A stretch of DNA of 28,050 bases from a virus (Duplodnaviria; Caudoviricetes): the IMG/VR virus record IMGVR_UViG_3300042377_000611, positions 1 through 28,050 of that record, one strand, 5' to 3'. Within the stretch, counting starts at the first letter, position 1; each line of letters opens with the position of its first letter. The notes beneath the pieces were generated by a model, which saw only the letters and a list, made by a program, of their open reading frames with translations, made no database searches and was not told where the DNA came from. The position numbers and the translations under genes were made by a program. Below, piece by piece: positions 7,692 to 15,451 of the stretch.

Positions 7692-7766
7692 AATTAGGTC
7701 AATTCAGAAAAGTTCCGTATCTTTATAGTATAGAAATAACCACTTAAAAAATTAGAAATTATGACA
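7691..7766 (+). repeat. 76-bp exact direct repeat, copy 2 (promoter P6, leader and start codon)
   Basis: Identical to 7349-7424. Confidence 0.9.
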
Positions 7767-9395
7767 CCAAGAAACTATCAATCAAAAGCAATCACAGAAG
7801 TAGTATCAGGCTTTTCAGCACCTACTTCAAAAGTTGTTCTCGCTGCGGCTACTGGTTCAGGCAAAACTGAAATCGCGATTATGTTGGTTTCTTCTTTTGT
7901 TAAGTCAAACTTCGGCAAAGTTCTTGTTATTGCTCACCACACTAATGTAATCAAAGATAATTTCTGTCAGCGTTTGGCTCAAATTAATCCTGACTTTACT
8001 TGGTCTCAAACTTCAACAGATGTTGATTGCTTTGTTGCAATCAGATCTTCAATTGTTAATCTTGACCTTTCACAATTCTCACTTGTTATTGTTGATGAGG
8101 CACACCAAAACTACTTCGCTGATACTATTCAATCACGCATTGGTTGTGTAAATCATCAAGTTCTTTTAACTGCAACACCTTCAAAATTTGTTGCTGATGG
8201 CGTTAAGTATATCTTACCAATCGCTCGACTTGATATTCCTAATGAGTTCTTTGCTCGCTTAAACTTCCGTATAGTAAATGCTGATGTTAAAATTGATTCT
8301 AACTCTTACAATGATGACAGAGTTTTAAAATCAGGTATTATGTTTTCAAATGATGAAGTAAAATCATCAGTTGATTCAGTTCTTCCACACATCGCTGACG
8401 GTAAAAAACTATTTATCTGCCGTGATATTAAACACGCTCAATTGACCGCACAATATCTTACTTCTGTTGGTATTGATTCAGTTGTTTCTGATTCTAAATC
8501 TGACCCAGATTCAATTATATCAAACAAATTTAAGTCAGGTGATATTCAATCTCTTGTTGTTGTTGATAGAATGCGTCTTGGTTATTCAGATAATAATCTT
8601 TACTATACTATTGATATGTCATTCACTCACAATCCTGATACTATTCACCAAATGATGTCAAGATCAAATCGCGGAAATCAATTACAAAATAAGTTTTATA
8701 TTAAGGTGACCAACAACACCTTAAATGCACTAACTCGCGTTATGGTTTCTATTTCAATTTCTTTAATGAAGAAAGAAAATTTATTATCATTCAACGGCAA
8801 AAACTTTGCAGGATTACAAATTCCTGTTGTTAAGCAAACTTCAACAGGAGTTTCTTCTTCAAGAAAATCAGCGTCAGCATCATCAGTATCAATTCCTGAC
8901 TTCGGTGATATTCAAAACTTCTTTGATGTTTGTGATTTCGCTGACGCTGATGTTGTCCTAAATCAACTTACTGGCGTTGTAAAAAGAACTTATGAAAGTT
9001 GTTTTCAATCATCACAATCCGCTTCTTCTTGGAATGAATTCAGAACTATGTCAAGAAATGACCAGAACTGGATTCAATCAAATGGTTTCAAAGAAAAACT
9101 TTGTGTTGAAAGAGGTTGGAAGATTCAATCAAACAAAACCGTTTATGATATACAAGAAGTAATCGCGTCAGCAAAAAAGTATGACAGCGCATCTGACTAT
9201 TTGAAATCAGAGCCATCAAAATATAAATGGTCCTCTTCACAAAAAATCACTCACTTGTTTGTATATAGTTCTGGATTAACAACAGCACAAACCGTTGAAA
9301 AAAGACAAGCAGAGGCTCACTCTAATAAAAAATTAAAGTGGTCAAAACAAAATGAAGTGAGAAAAGCAAAAAGAAAACTTTCTTCTAAAATATAA
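7761..9395 (+). CDS. SF2 DEAH-box helicase/ATPase (ResIII-like) with a C-terminal extension
   Basis: Q motif RNYQ, Walker A ATGSGKT, Walker B DEAH, motif III TAT, divergent motif VI QMMSRSNR. Confidence 0.85.
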   Translation: MTPRNYQSKAITEVVSGFSAPTSKVVLAAATGSGKTEIAIMLVSSFVKSNFGKVLVIAHHTNVIKDNFCQRLAQINPDFTWSQTSTDVDCFVAIRSSIVNLDLSQFSLVIVDEAHQNYFADTIQSRIGCVNHQVLLTATPSKFVADGVKYILPIARLDIPNEFFARLNFRIVNADVKIDSNSYNDDRVLKSGIMFSNDEVKSSVDSVLPHIADGKKLFICRDIKHAQLTAQYLTSVGIDSVVSDSKSDPDSIISNKFKSGDIQSLVVVDRMRLGYSDNNLYYTIDMSFTHNPDTIHQMMSRSNRGNQLQNKFYIKVTNNTLNALTRVMVSISISLMKKENLLSFNGKNFAGLQIPVVKQTSTGVSSSRKSASASSVSIPDFGDIQNFFDVCDFADADVVLNQLTGVVKRTYESCFQSSQSASSWNEFRTMSRNDQNWIQSNGFKEKLCVERGWKIQSNKTVYDIQEVIASAKKYDSASDYLKSEPSKYKWSSSQKITHLFVYSSGLTTAQTVEKRQAEAHSNKKLKWSKQNEVRKAKRKLSSKI

Positions 9396-9423
9396 TATAA
9401 TTTATATTACTATTATTTATTTT

Positions 9424-9461
9424 AACCCTGGTAAGTTTTAATCTTCTTATCAGGGTTTTTT
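9424..9461 (+). terminator. Intrinsic terminator
   Basis: AACCCTGGTAAG-loop-CTTATCAGGGTT followed by a T-run. Confidence 0.85.
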
Positions 9462-9501
9462 GTGCTTGATAAACCTTACTTAAAAATATATCTATAAGTG
9501 T

Positions 9502-10362
9502 ATGAGAAAGAAAAAAGATACTTATGAAGCAAAGGCAACAAGAAGTAAGTGGGATATATCCGACTGGACACTTAATAATTCCTTTATGACTGATGATGAA
9601 ATAAAAGAAATGATTAATCTTCTTAAAGGACATATGTTTATGAAGTATAAAACTTATCACGAGGAAGTAATACATATGACTATACTTCAAGGATTAAGAG
9701 TATCACACCAGTATAATTCAGAGAAGGCTTCTAAACTGGTTTGGTTTCAATCTATATTAAGAAATATATTTATTAATGAGGTTGATCCAAAGTATAATAG
9801 ACACATTAGACATCATTATTCACTTGATTGGAAAGATGATGAAGGTAGTGATGAGAATAGAGATGTGGTTGGTCAAGCACTTCTTAAATGTTCTGATGGT
9901 GAAGATGATGATAAAAAAGAAATTATAGAATTCACACAGGAAGTTATTAAAATGATTAATGAAGGTGATTATGTAATTCTTAAATTAAGAGTTCAAGGTG
10001 AATCCTATTCAACTATGGCTAAGATATTAGGTATGCGAACACATCAAATGGCTGTCTTATGGAAAAAAGAACGCGAAATACTTAAGGAAGAAATAATTAA
10101 AAAAGGAATTGATAATGAGGTCATAGAAGGAAGAAAACCTCTTAACGCTTTTACAAAAGGATCTAAAAAGAAGCCAAAGGTTTTCTTAACACCTATAAGA
10201 AATTGTAAGAATTGTAAAAAGGATTTTAATTTTGAACCTGGTATGGGTCCTAACACTAAAACCTGTTCAGAGGAATGTAGAAATATCTTGGTTAAAACAT
10301 TTCAAAGCGCTTACGCAAGAAAAATGTATTATCAAAAGAGTAAGGAAAAGAAGAGTTCTTGA
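9502..10362 (+). CDS. ECF/sigma70-like factor with a C-terminal zinc finger
   Basis: Region 2-like YNSEKAS..WFQSILRN, region 4-like LKLRVQGESYSTMAKILG, C-terminal CKNC-x16-CSEEC. Confidence 0.65.
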   Translation: MRKKKDTYEAKATRSKWDISDWTLNNSFMTDDEIKEMINLLKGHMFMKYKTYHEEVIHMTILQGLRVSHQYNSEKASKLVWFQSILRNIFINEVDPKYNRHIRHHYSLDWKDDEGSDENRDVVGQALLKCSDGEDDDKKEIIEFTQEVIKMINEGDYVILKLRVQGESYSTMAKILGMRTHQMAVLWKKEREILKEEIIKKGIDNEVIEGRKPLNAFTKGSKKKPKVFLTPIRNCKNCKKDFNFEPGMGPNTKTCSEECRNILVKTFQSAYARKMYYQKSKEKKSS

Positions 10363-10372
10363 TATATAGTTA

Positions 10373-10594
10373 ATGATTAATAATTTAATAAAGAAGATTT
10401 ACATTAGGGGTTCAATAATATATTTAAGAGATGTAAGTAAAATAACAGAAAAAGGATTTTATCAATTAGATAATAAGTTGATAGCAAACGGGCAGATAAT
10501 AGATGAATGGACTGATTGGTGTAATTTAGTTCAACAAGAAATCACGGTCAGAAGGAGAAACAAAAAAATAAATCAAATCTTAAATGAAAACTAA
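10373..10594 (+). CDS. Hypothetical protein
   Basis: 73 aa; ends RRRNKKINQILNEN. Confidence 0.6.
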   Translation: MINNLIKKIYIRGSIIYLRDVSKITEKGFYQLDNKLIANGQIIDEWTDWCNLVQQEITVRRRNKKINQILNEN

Positions 10595-10952
10595 CGCAGT
10601 TTTAAGTTATGCTCTTTCAACAATTAAGGAGATTAAACTAACATTAAGTCCTAAACTACACTACTCACAGAAAAAAATGGTGATTGAGTTGGTCGCAAAT
10701 ATATTTTATAATTATATTGATGTAATAGAATCAAGTATTTTATCTGATAAAAAGATTAGTGAATCATTAGAAGATATAAATAGAATATCTGGTGATATAA
10801 GTAATATACTTAATGATAAAGATTATTTATTAACCTGGATTTATATTGGTGATACAATAGTTCTATGGCAAAAGAGGGCGGTAGAGTTAGAAGAATATGA
10901 AATCGCTTCTAATCTTAAAAAATTATTTAACAACAATGATTCATGTGTATAG
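10584..10952 (+). CDS. Hypothetical protein with a C-terminal UVR (UvrB/UvrC) helix motif
   Basis: AVELEEYEIASNLKK. Confidence 0.55.
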   Translation: MKTNAVLSYALSTIKEIKLTLSPKLHYSQKKMVIELVANIFYNYIDVIESSILSDKKISESLEDINRISGDISNILNDKDYLLTWIYIGDTIVLWQKRAVELEEYEIASNLKKLFNNNDSCV

Positions 10953-11226
10953 TATTCTTTGGAATAGTCATTGTATCTATATCGGAAGAACAAATAACAT
11001 TAAGAGAAGATCAGCAGAACATAGAAGAGCCCTAAAAAATGGTAAAAAGAAATTAGTATATGATTTTTTAAGAGAAGGAGGTTATGAAGGCGATATTGAA
11101 TTAGTTATTTTAAAATCTTATTCAAGTAAAACAGAAGCAAAAAGAATGGAGATGTTCCTAATTCTACAAGACCACTTCGGTCAAAAGAAATTAAAACAAC
11201 AGGTTCCTAATATAAGCGATAGGTAA
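10936..11226 (+). CDS. GIY-YIG endonuclease (short, catalytic domain only)
   Basis: HVYSI..IYIGRT..IKRR..EH and a later conserved Glu (AKRME); the ATG at 10936 is more plausible than the track start at 10897. Confidence 0.75.
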   Translation: MIHVYSILWNSHCIYIGRTNNIKRRSAEHRRALKNGKKKLVYDFLREGGYEGDIELVILKSYSSKTEAKRMEMFLILQDHFGQKKLKQQVPNISDR

Positions 11227-11774
11227 TGACTAAAAATGAGATACTGGAATATATTTATAATAATAAAATGTTGTCCGACGCCATAAGAAATATAGTGACC
11301 GATAAAAATCATTATGAAGATTTCAGATCACACTTCTTACAACAAGTATGTGAAATAAAAGAACATAAATTAATAGAGTATTATGAAAAAAGATATTTAG
11401 ATTATTATTGCTTAAACATAATAACTAATCAGTGGAAAAGTAAAACATCAACATACTATAAGATACATAAAAACAACGGATTTTCTGGTGAAAGAATAAT
11501 TGACTTTGTAGATTATGAAATAGGATCTGACTTAAAAGATGAAGAAGTAATAGAGATAGATAGTGTAGAAATTAAAAAAAGGATGATGGAATTATTAAAA
11601 GAACAATATGAAGATTTTATGATTAATCAATATCATCAAACACTCTTTCACCTTTATTACTTTGATGATTTAAACTTAAAACAAATAGAAAAACTTACCG
11701 GTATAAATTTTAATGCGGTAAGTAGATCTGTAAGAAAAACAAAAGCGTATTTAAAAACTAAAATAAAGATATGA
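11226..11774 (+). CDS. Sigma70-family (region 4 HTH) transcription factor
   Basis: LFHLYYFDDLNLKQIEKLTGINFNAVSRSVRKTK. Confidence 0.7.
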   Translation: MTKNEILEYIYNNKMLSDAIRNIVTDKNHYEDFRSHFLQQVCEIKEHKLIEYYEKRYLDYYCLNIITNQWKSKTSTYYKIHKNNGFSGERIIDFVDYEIGSDLKDEEVIEIDSVEIKKRMMELLKEQYEDFMINQYHQTLFHLYYFDDLNLKQIEKLTGINFNAVSRSVRKTKAYLKTKIKI

Positions 11775-12052
11775 CATTAATAATTATACTAACAAAAATA
11801 CTCTTACTGGCAAAATTCATTACATCATTTGAGCCGCTTCAATGGTTTCTTGAAGTATTAGAATTAAAACAACTTAACATCTTTAAATACCTCTTAATAG
11901 TTATTACAAGTTGTTTTAAGTGTGCTTCTTTCTGGGTAGGTTGGATTGTATCAGGTGATATATTTATTGCTGCTGGTGCTTCTTATATCGCTTACCTTTA
12001 TACACAAGGCGAACAAAACATAATAAATTACATATGGCGAAAAAAGAAATAA
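11771..12052 (+). CDS. Small membrane protein with a CxxCxxFW motif (DUF1360-like)
   Basis: Hydrophobic segments and CFKCASFW. Confidence 0.55.
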   Translation: MTLIIILTKILLLAKFITSFEPLQWFLEVLELKQLNIFKYLLIVITSCFKCASFWVGWIVSGDIFIAAGASYIAYLYTQGEQNIINYIWRKKK

Positions 12053-12273
12053 ATAATTATCCGAAAGAAGATTTAGAAAAGATGTTTATTCTATTTAGAC
12101 ACATAGGTCCGTTTAGAGATTCAGAACAAAGTTTAATATATGAAATGTTGAAGAAGTATATTGATCCAAATCATCCAAGACCTATTAGTGGTTGTAATTG
12201 TAGTATGTCATACGCGAATGCTTTTAATAAGTTAAGAGATTGGGTAGGACAAAACGGAAATAAATTTAGTTAA
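12034..12273 (+). CDS. Hypothetical protein
   Basis: 79 aa, CNC motif, coupled to neighbours. Confidence 0.6.
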   Translation: MAKKEINNYPKEDLEKMFILFRHIGPFRDSEQSLIYEMLKKYIDPNHPRPISGCNCSMSYANAFNKLRDWVGQNGNKFS

Positions 12274-12479
12274 TGAGAAAGAAGTTAGTATGTATAAAAG
12301 AACATCCCCTACTTATTGTAGGTAATACTTATGAAGGTGATGAGTTCATAACAGATGGTGAATGTATAGCATATCTCATATATCAATCGGATCAGGCAGG
12401 TCATGTTGGATATAAAGAATTCTTTATAGATTTTGACCAGTATGAAAGGAATAGAAAAATAGAACAACTTGGATTATGA
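12273..12479 (+). CDS. Hypothetical protein
   Basis: 68 aa; ends ERNRKIEQLGL. Confidence 0.6.
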   Translation: MRKKLVCIKEHPLLIVGNTYEGDEFITDGECIAYLIYQSDQAGHVGYKEFFIDFDQYERNRKIEQLGL

Positions 12480-12859
12480 TGGACAAGAAGTTAGATGAAA
12501 TAATAAAAAGAACAAGGGCGTATGATAGAGAAATCAAAATTGAAAAGATACTTGGTGATGATGAGGTCAAGACACCTAATCAAAAATTCATTATGGAGAT
12601 CCGCGACCACCTTAGCACTTGCATTAATAGGAGTGAGTTTATCAGCAGTAGTTATTTTAATATCACCTCTGATATGGCTGACATCCAAACTTGTAATTGT
12701 CATACTCACATTGAAACTGAAAAGGCGTTTGAAGAATTCTTAAAGGTCCTTTACTCTATGTATAAAGGATCAGAAGGATTTAATGTCAATAGTATATTAA
12801 ATAAAAAAGTGGTTGAAAGAATAAAAAATAATATAATAACCCGTGGCACACAAGAATAA
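12476..12859 (+). CDS. Hypothetical protein
   Basis: 127 aa; ATGA overlap with the upstream gene. Confidence 0.6.
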   Translation: MMDKKLDEIIKRTRAYDREIKIEKILGDDEVKTPNQKFIMEIRDHLSTCINRSEFISSSYFNITSDMADIQTCNCHTHIETEKAFEEFLKVLYSMYKGSEGFNVNSILNKKVVERIKNNIITRGTQE

Positions 12860-13238
12860 AAAATATGACAGAGAATTCCTGGTTACAAAAGTTGCAATGA
12901 TGAGGATTAAAGGCAAGAGCACACATACATTATTAGATTTTCTTATGGTTCAAATAGGTATGAGTAGAAAGATTGCTTATGAAGTCCTGACTGATGCTCA
13001 AAAGTATATCATGGATATAACTGATAAAGATGTAAATAAAGCATTCACAAATGCAATACAAAGATTAGAAGAACTTTATGAAGTAGGAACTAACAAAGAA
13101 AGATTAGAAACACAAAAAGAGATTAATAAGTTGATGGGTCTATACGCAGCAGATAAGGTTGATATAACATCAGGTGGTAATGCGATCACAGAAATAAAAC
13201 TTATTCAGATATTAAAAAAGGATGATATAGGTGAGTAA
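12843..13238 (+). CDS. terS: Terminase small subunit (putative)
   Basis: Helical protein overlapping terL; C-terminal KVDITSGG. Confidence 0.6.
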   Translation: MAHKNKKYDREFLVTKVAMMRIKGKSTHTLLDFLMVQIGMSRKIAYEVLTDAQKYIMDITDKDVNKAFTNAIQRLEELYEVGTNKERLETQKEINKLMGLYAADKVDITSGGNAITEIKLIQILKKDDIGE

Positions 13239-14427
13239 ATCATTAAACATAAAGCACACAGAAGTATTTTCTTGGAACTATGAAGCACTTAATGATGATG
13301 AAATAAGATTTGTGGTCAATCAAGGAGGAAGTAGAAGTTCCAAAACATATTCACTATGTCAAATGGTAATTGTTTATTGTCTTACCAATCCAGGTAAGTT
13401 AGTCAGTATAGTAAGAAAATCATTTCCTTCTTTAAGATCATCCGTGTTAAGAGATTTCATAGAAGTAATGCGTGATTTAGGATTGTATAAATTATCTGAA
13501 CATCACAAAACAGAAAATATGTATAATTTTTATAATGGATCTTCTATTGAATTCTTTTCTGTTGATGATGAACAAAAGTTAAGAGGTAGAAAAAGGCATG
13601 TCTTATGGTGTAATGAAGCGAATGAATTATCTTTTGAAGAATTTAATCAATTGAATATGCGAACCACCGACAAATTAATCTTTGACTTTAATCCATCTGA
13701 TAATGAAAGTTGGTTGTATGATTTAATAAATAGATCAGAAACTAAATTTATTAAATCTACATACAAAGATAATCCTTTTCTTGCTGATGATATAATAAAA
13801 GAAATAGAAAACTTAATATCAGTTGATGAAAATTATTATAAGATATACGCGTTAGGTGAGAAGCCTATACCTACAACAAGAATATACACTCACTTTAATC
13901 AGTATGATATAAATCCGCTTGATGTAATTGATACGGTATATGGACTTGACTTTGGATATAATCACCCATCAGTTTTAATTAAAGTAAGTATAACAGATGA
14001 AGGATATTATTGTGAAGAAATAATCTATAAACAATTCTTAACATCTGGTGATTTAGTAAGCCTATTCAATCAGTATGGTATAGATAAGCAAAAATATATC
14101 TACGCAGATTATTCAAGACCTGAAATCATCACAGATTTAAGAAGAGCGGGATATAATATAAAAGAGGCAAATAAAGAAGTTAAAGCAGGTATAAACACGG
14201 TGAAGTCAAATAAGATTTGGATTCATAAAGCATCAACTAATACCTTAAAAGAATATAAAATGTATAGTTGGAAAACAAATAAGGATCAGATTTTAGATGA
14301 ACCTATAAAATTAAATGATGATAGTATGGATGCTTTAAGATATGCGATTCATTCACATCAGAAAAAGAAATTTAGAGCAACAACTATATTTGTTCCAACA
14401 ATCAGACCAGAAAGTGATGAATGGTAA
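13231..14427 (+). CDS. terL: Terminase large subunit, PBSX family
   Basis: QGGSRSSKT Walker A, WCNEANE Walker B, FNP coupling motif, GLDFGY and DDSMDALRY nuclease motifs. Confidence 0.92.
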   Translation: MSKSLNIKHTEVFSWNYEALNDDEIRFVVNQGGSRSSKTYSLCQMVIVYCLTNPGKLVSIVRKSFPSLRSSVLRDFIEVMRDLGLYKLSEHHKTENMYNFYNGSSIEFFSVDDEQKLRGRKRHVLWCNEANELSFEEFNQLNMRTTDKLIFDFNPSDNESWLYDLINRSETKFIKSTYKDNPFLADDIIKEIENLISVDENYYKIYALGEKPIPTTRIYTHFNQYDINPLDVIDTVYGLDFGYNHPSVLIKVSITDEGYYCEEIIYKQFLTSGDLVSLFNQYGIDKQKYIYADYSRPEIITDLRRAGYNIKEANKEVKAGINTVKSNKIWIHKASTNTLKEYKMYSWKTNKDQILDEPIKLNDDSMDALRYAIHSHQKKKFRATTIFVPTIRPESDEW

Positions 14428-14429
14428 GA

Positions 14430-14456
14430 TGATAAATAAAAAATAAAATATATTTA
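14430..14456 (+). promoter_or_regulatory. Putative phage late promoter TGATAA-N13-TATATTTA
   Basis: Matches 1066-1092 in sequence and spacing. Confidence 0.5.
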
Positions 14457-15046
14457 TGAGTATGAAGAAAGAAATTATAGTTCCAAAATCCTTTGATGAG
14501 ATTACATTGAAGCAATACTTGGACTTTACATCAACAGCAGAAGGATTATTAGATGATGGATCTATGCAATCAACATTGAGAACATATAAGTTGGTTGAAA
14601 TCATTACTGGTTCAACAGAAGAAGAGATTGATGACCTATCATTAGAAGAAATGAATGTTATATCACATGAAGTAAAACAATTAATTGATAATTTTACTGA
14701 ATTTAAAAAAGGATCTAATCATTTTAATTTAGAAGGCGTTGATTATGTTGTTAAAGATATAAATAATTTAGATAATGGTGAGTATATATCTTTGAATCTA
14801 TTAAAAGAACAATATGGTGATGATGTTAGAGGCTTATTTCCAAAGATGTTGGCTGTCCTAATCAGACCAGGTAAGATGGAATATGATTCAGAAAAGAAAG
14901 AAGAAATTTGGACGGTTGAAAAATTCAATAGAAGAGATATAATGAATTTAGAATTAAGAGCAGATTTATTTTTGAATAAAGCAAAGGCTGGTGATGTGAT
15001 TCCTATTGTCAATTTTTTTTTGAGTGGGAAAGAAATATCAGTATAG
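14456..15046 (+). CDS. Probable tail assembly chaperone (gpG-like; true start may be 14462)
   Basis: Acidic protein, P.SFDEITLKQY N-terminus, NFFL end lying over a 9-T slippery run. Confidence 0.6.
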   Translation: MSMKKEIIVPKSFDEITLKQYLDFTSTAEGLLDDGSMQSTLRTYKLVEIITGSTEEEIDDLSLEEMNVISHEVKQLIDNFTEFKKGSNHFNLEGVDYVVKDINNLDNGEYISLNLLKEQYGDDVRGLFPKMLAVLIRPGKMEYDSEKKEEIWTVEKFNRRDIMNLELRADLFLNKAKAGDVIPIVNFFLSGKEISV

Positions 15047-15273
15047 ATTATGAAAGCCTATTCAGTGTAGAAAGTGATAATAAAATCGCACACGCAATGA
15101 ATGATGACCAATCACATAAGTATAGATGGGTCGCTTTTATGGATAGATTGGCTGATGGTGATATAACAAGACATGAAGAAGTATATAGATGTGGATATAT
15201 TGAAACTCTAAATCTTCTTTCATATTGGAAGATAAGAGATGATGCTGAAAGAATGGCAAATAAAATGAAATAA
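15013..15273 (+). CDS. -1 frameshift extension of the tail chaperone (gpGT-like; not in the ORF track)
   Basis: T TTT TTT at 15013-15019; the -1 frame is open to TAA at 15271-15273: FEWERNISIDYESLFS...WVAFMDRLADGDITRHEEVY...LNLLSYWKIRD. Confidence 0.65.
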   Translation, partial: FFFEWERNISIDYESLFSVESDNKIAHAMNDDQSHKYRWVAFMDRLADGDITRHEEVYRCGYIETLNLLSYWKIRDDAERMANKMK

Positions 15274-15280
15274 TAAAGAA

Positions 15281-15451
15281 ATGACTTACACTGAATTATT
15301 AGATGCGGAATGGGATGATATAAAGCATAAAATCACCAAAGAAGATAAGGACAAATTAAAAGAGATAAGCAAATTGCCGCCAATTAGGCAAGAAATACGC
15401 CTTTGGTGTATATCAAAAGACAGAGAGCAAAAATTAAATAAATTATTATGA
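15281..15451 (+). CDS. Small hypothetical protein (56 aa, not in the ORF track)
   Basis: MTYTELLDAEWDD...DREQKLNKLL; ATGA overlap with the next gene. Confidence 0.55.
   Translation: MTYTELLDAEWDDIKHKITKEDKDKLKEISKLPPIRQEIRLWCISKDREQKLNKLL

Noticed and set aside
6123-7766. Recurring motif as a CRISPR array or integron attC sites
   Set aside because: Units are separated by whole genes, occur on both strands and match a promoter consensus; no cas or integrase gene is seen.
10936-11226. GIY-YIG gene as an intron-encoded homing endonuclease
   Set aside because: Free-standing, coupled to its neighbours, with no flanking intron sequence or DNA-binding extension.
8467-12743. Overlapping alternate-frame or antisense ORFs (8467, 9385, 10044, 12491, 12522)
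   Set aside because: Nested in or opposite better-supported genes, with no motifs.
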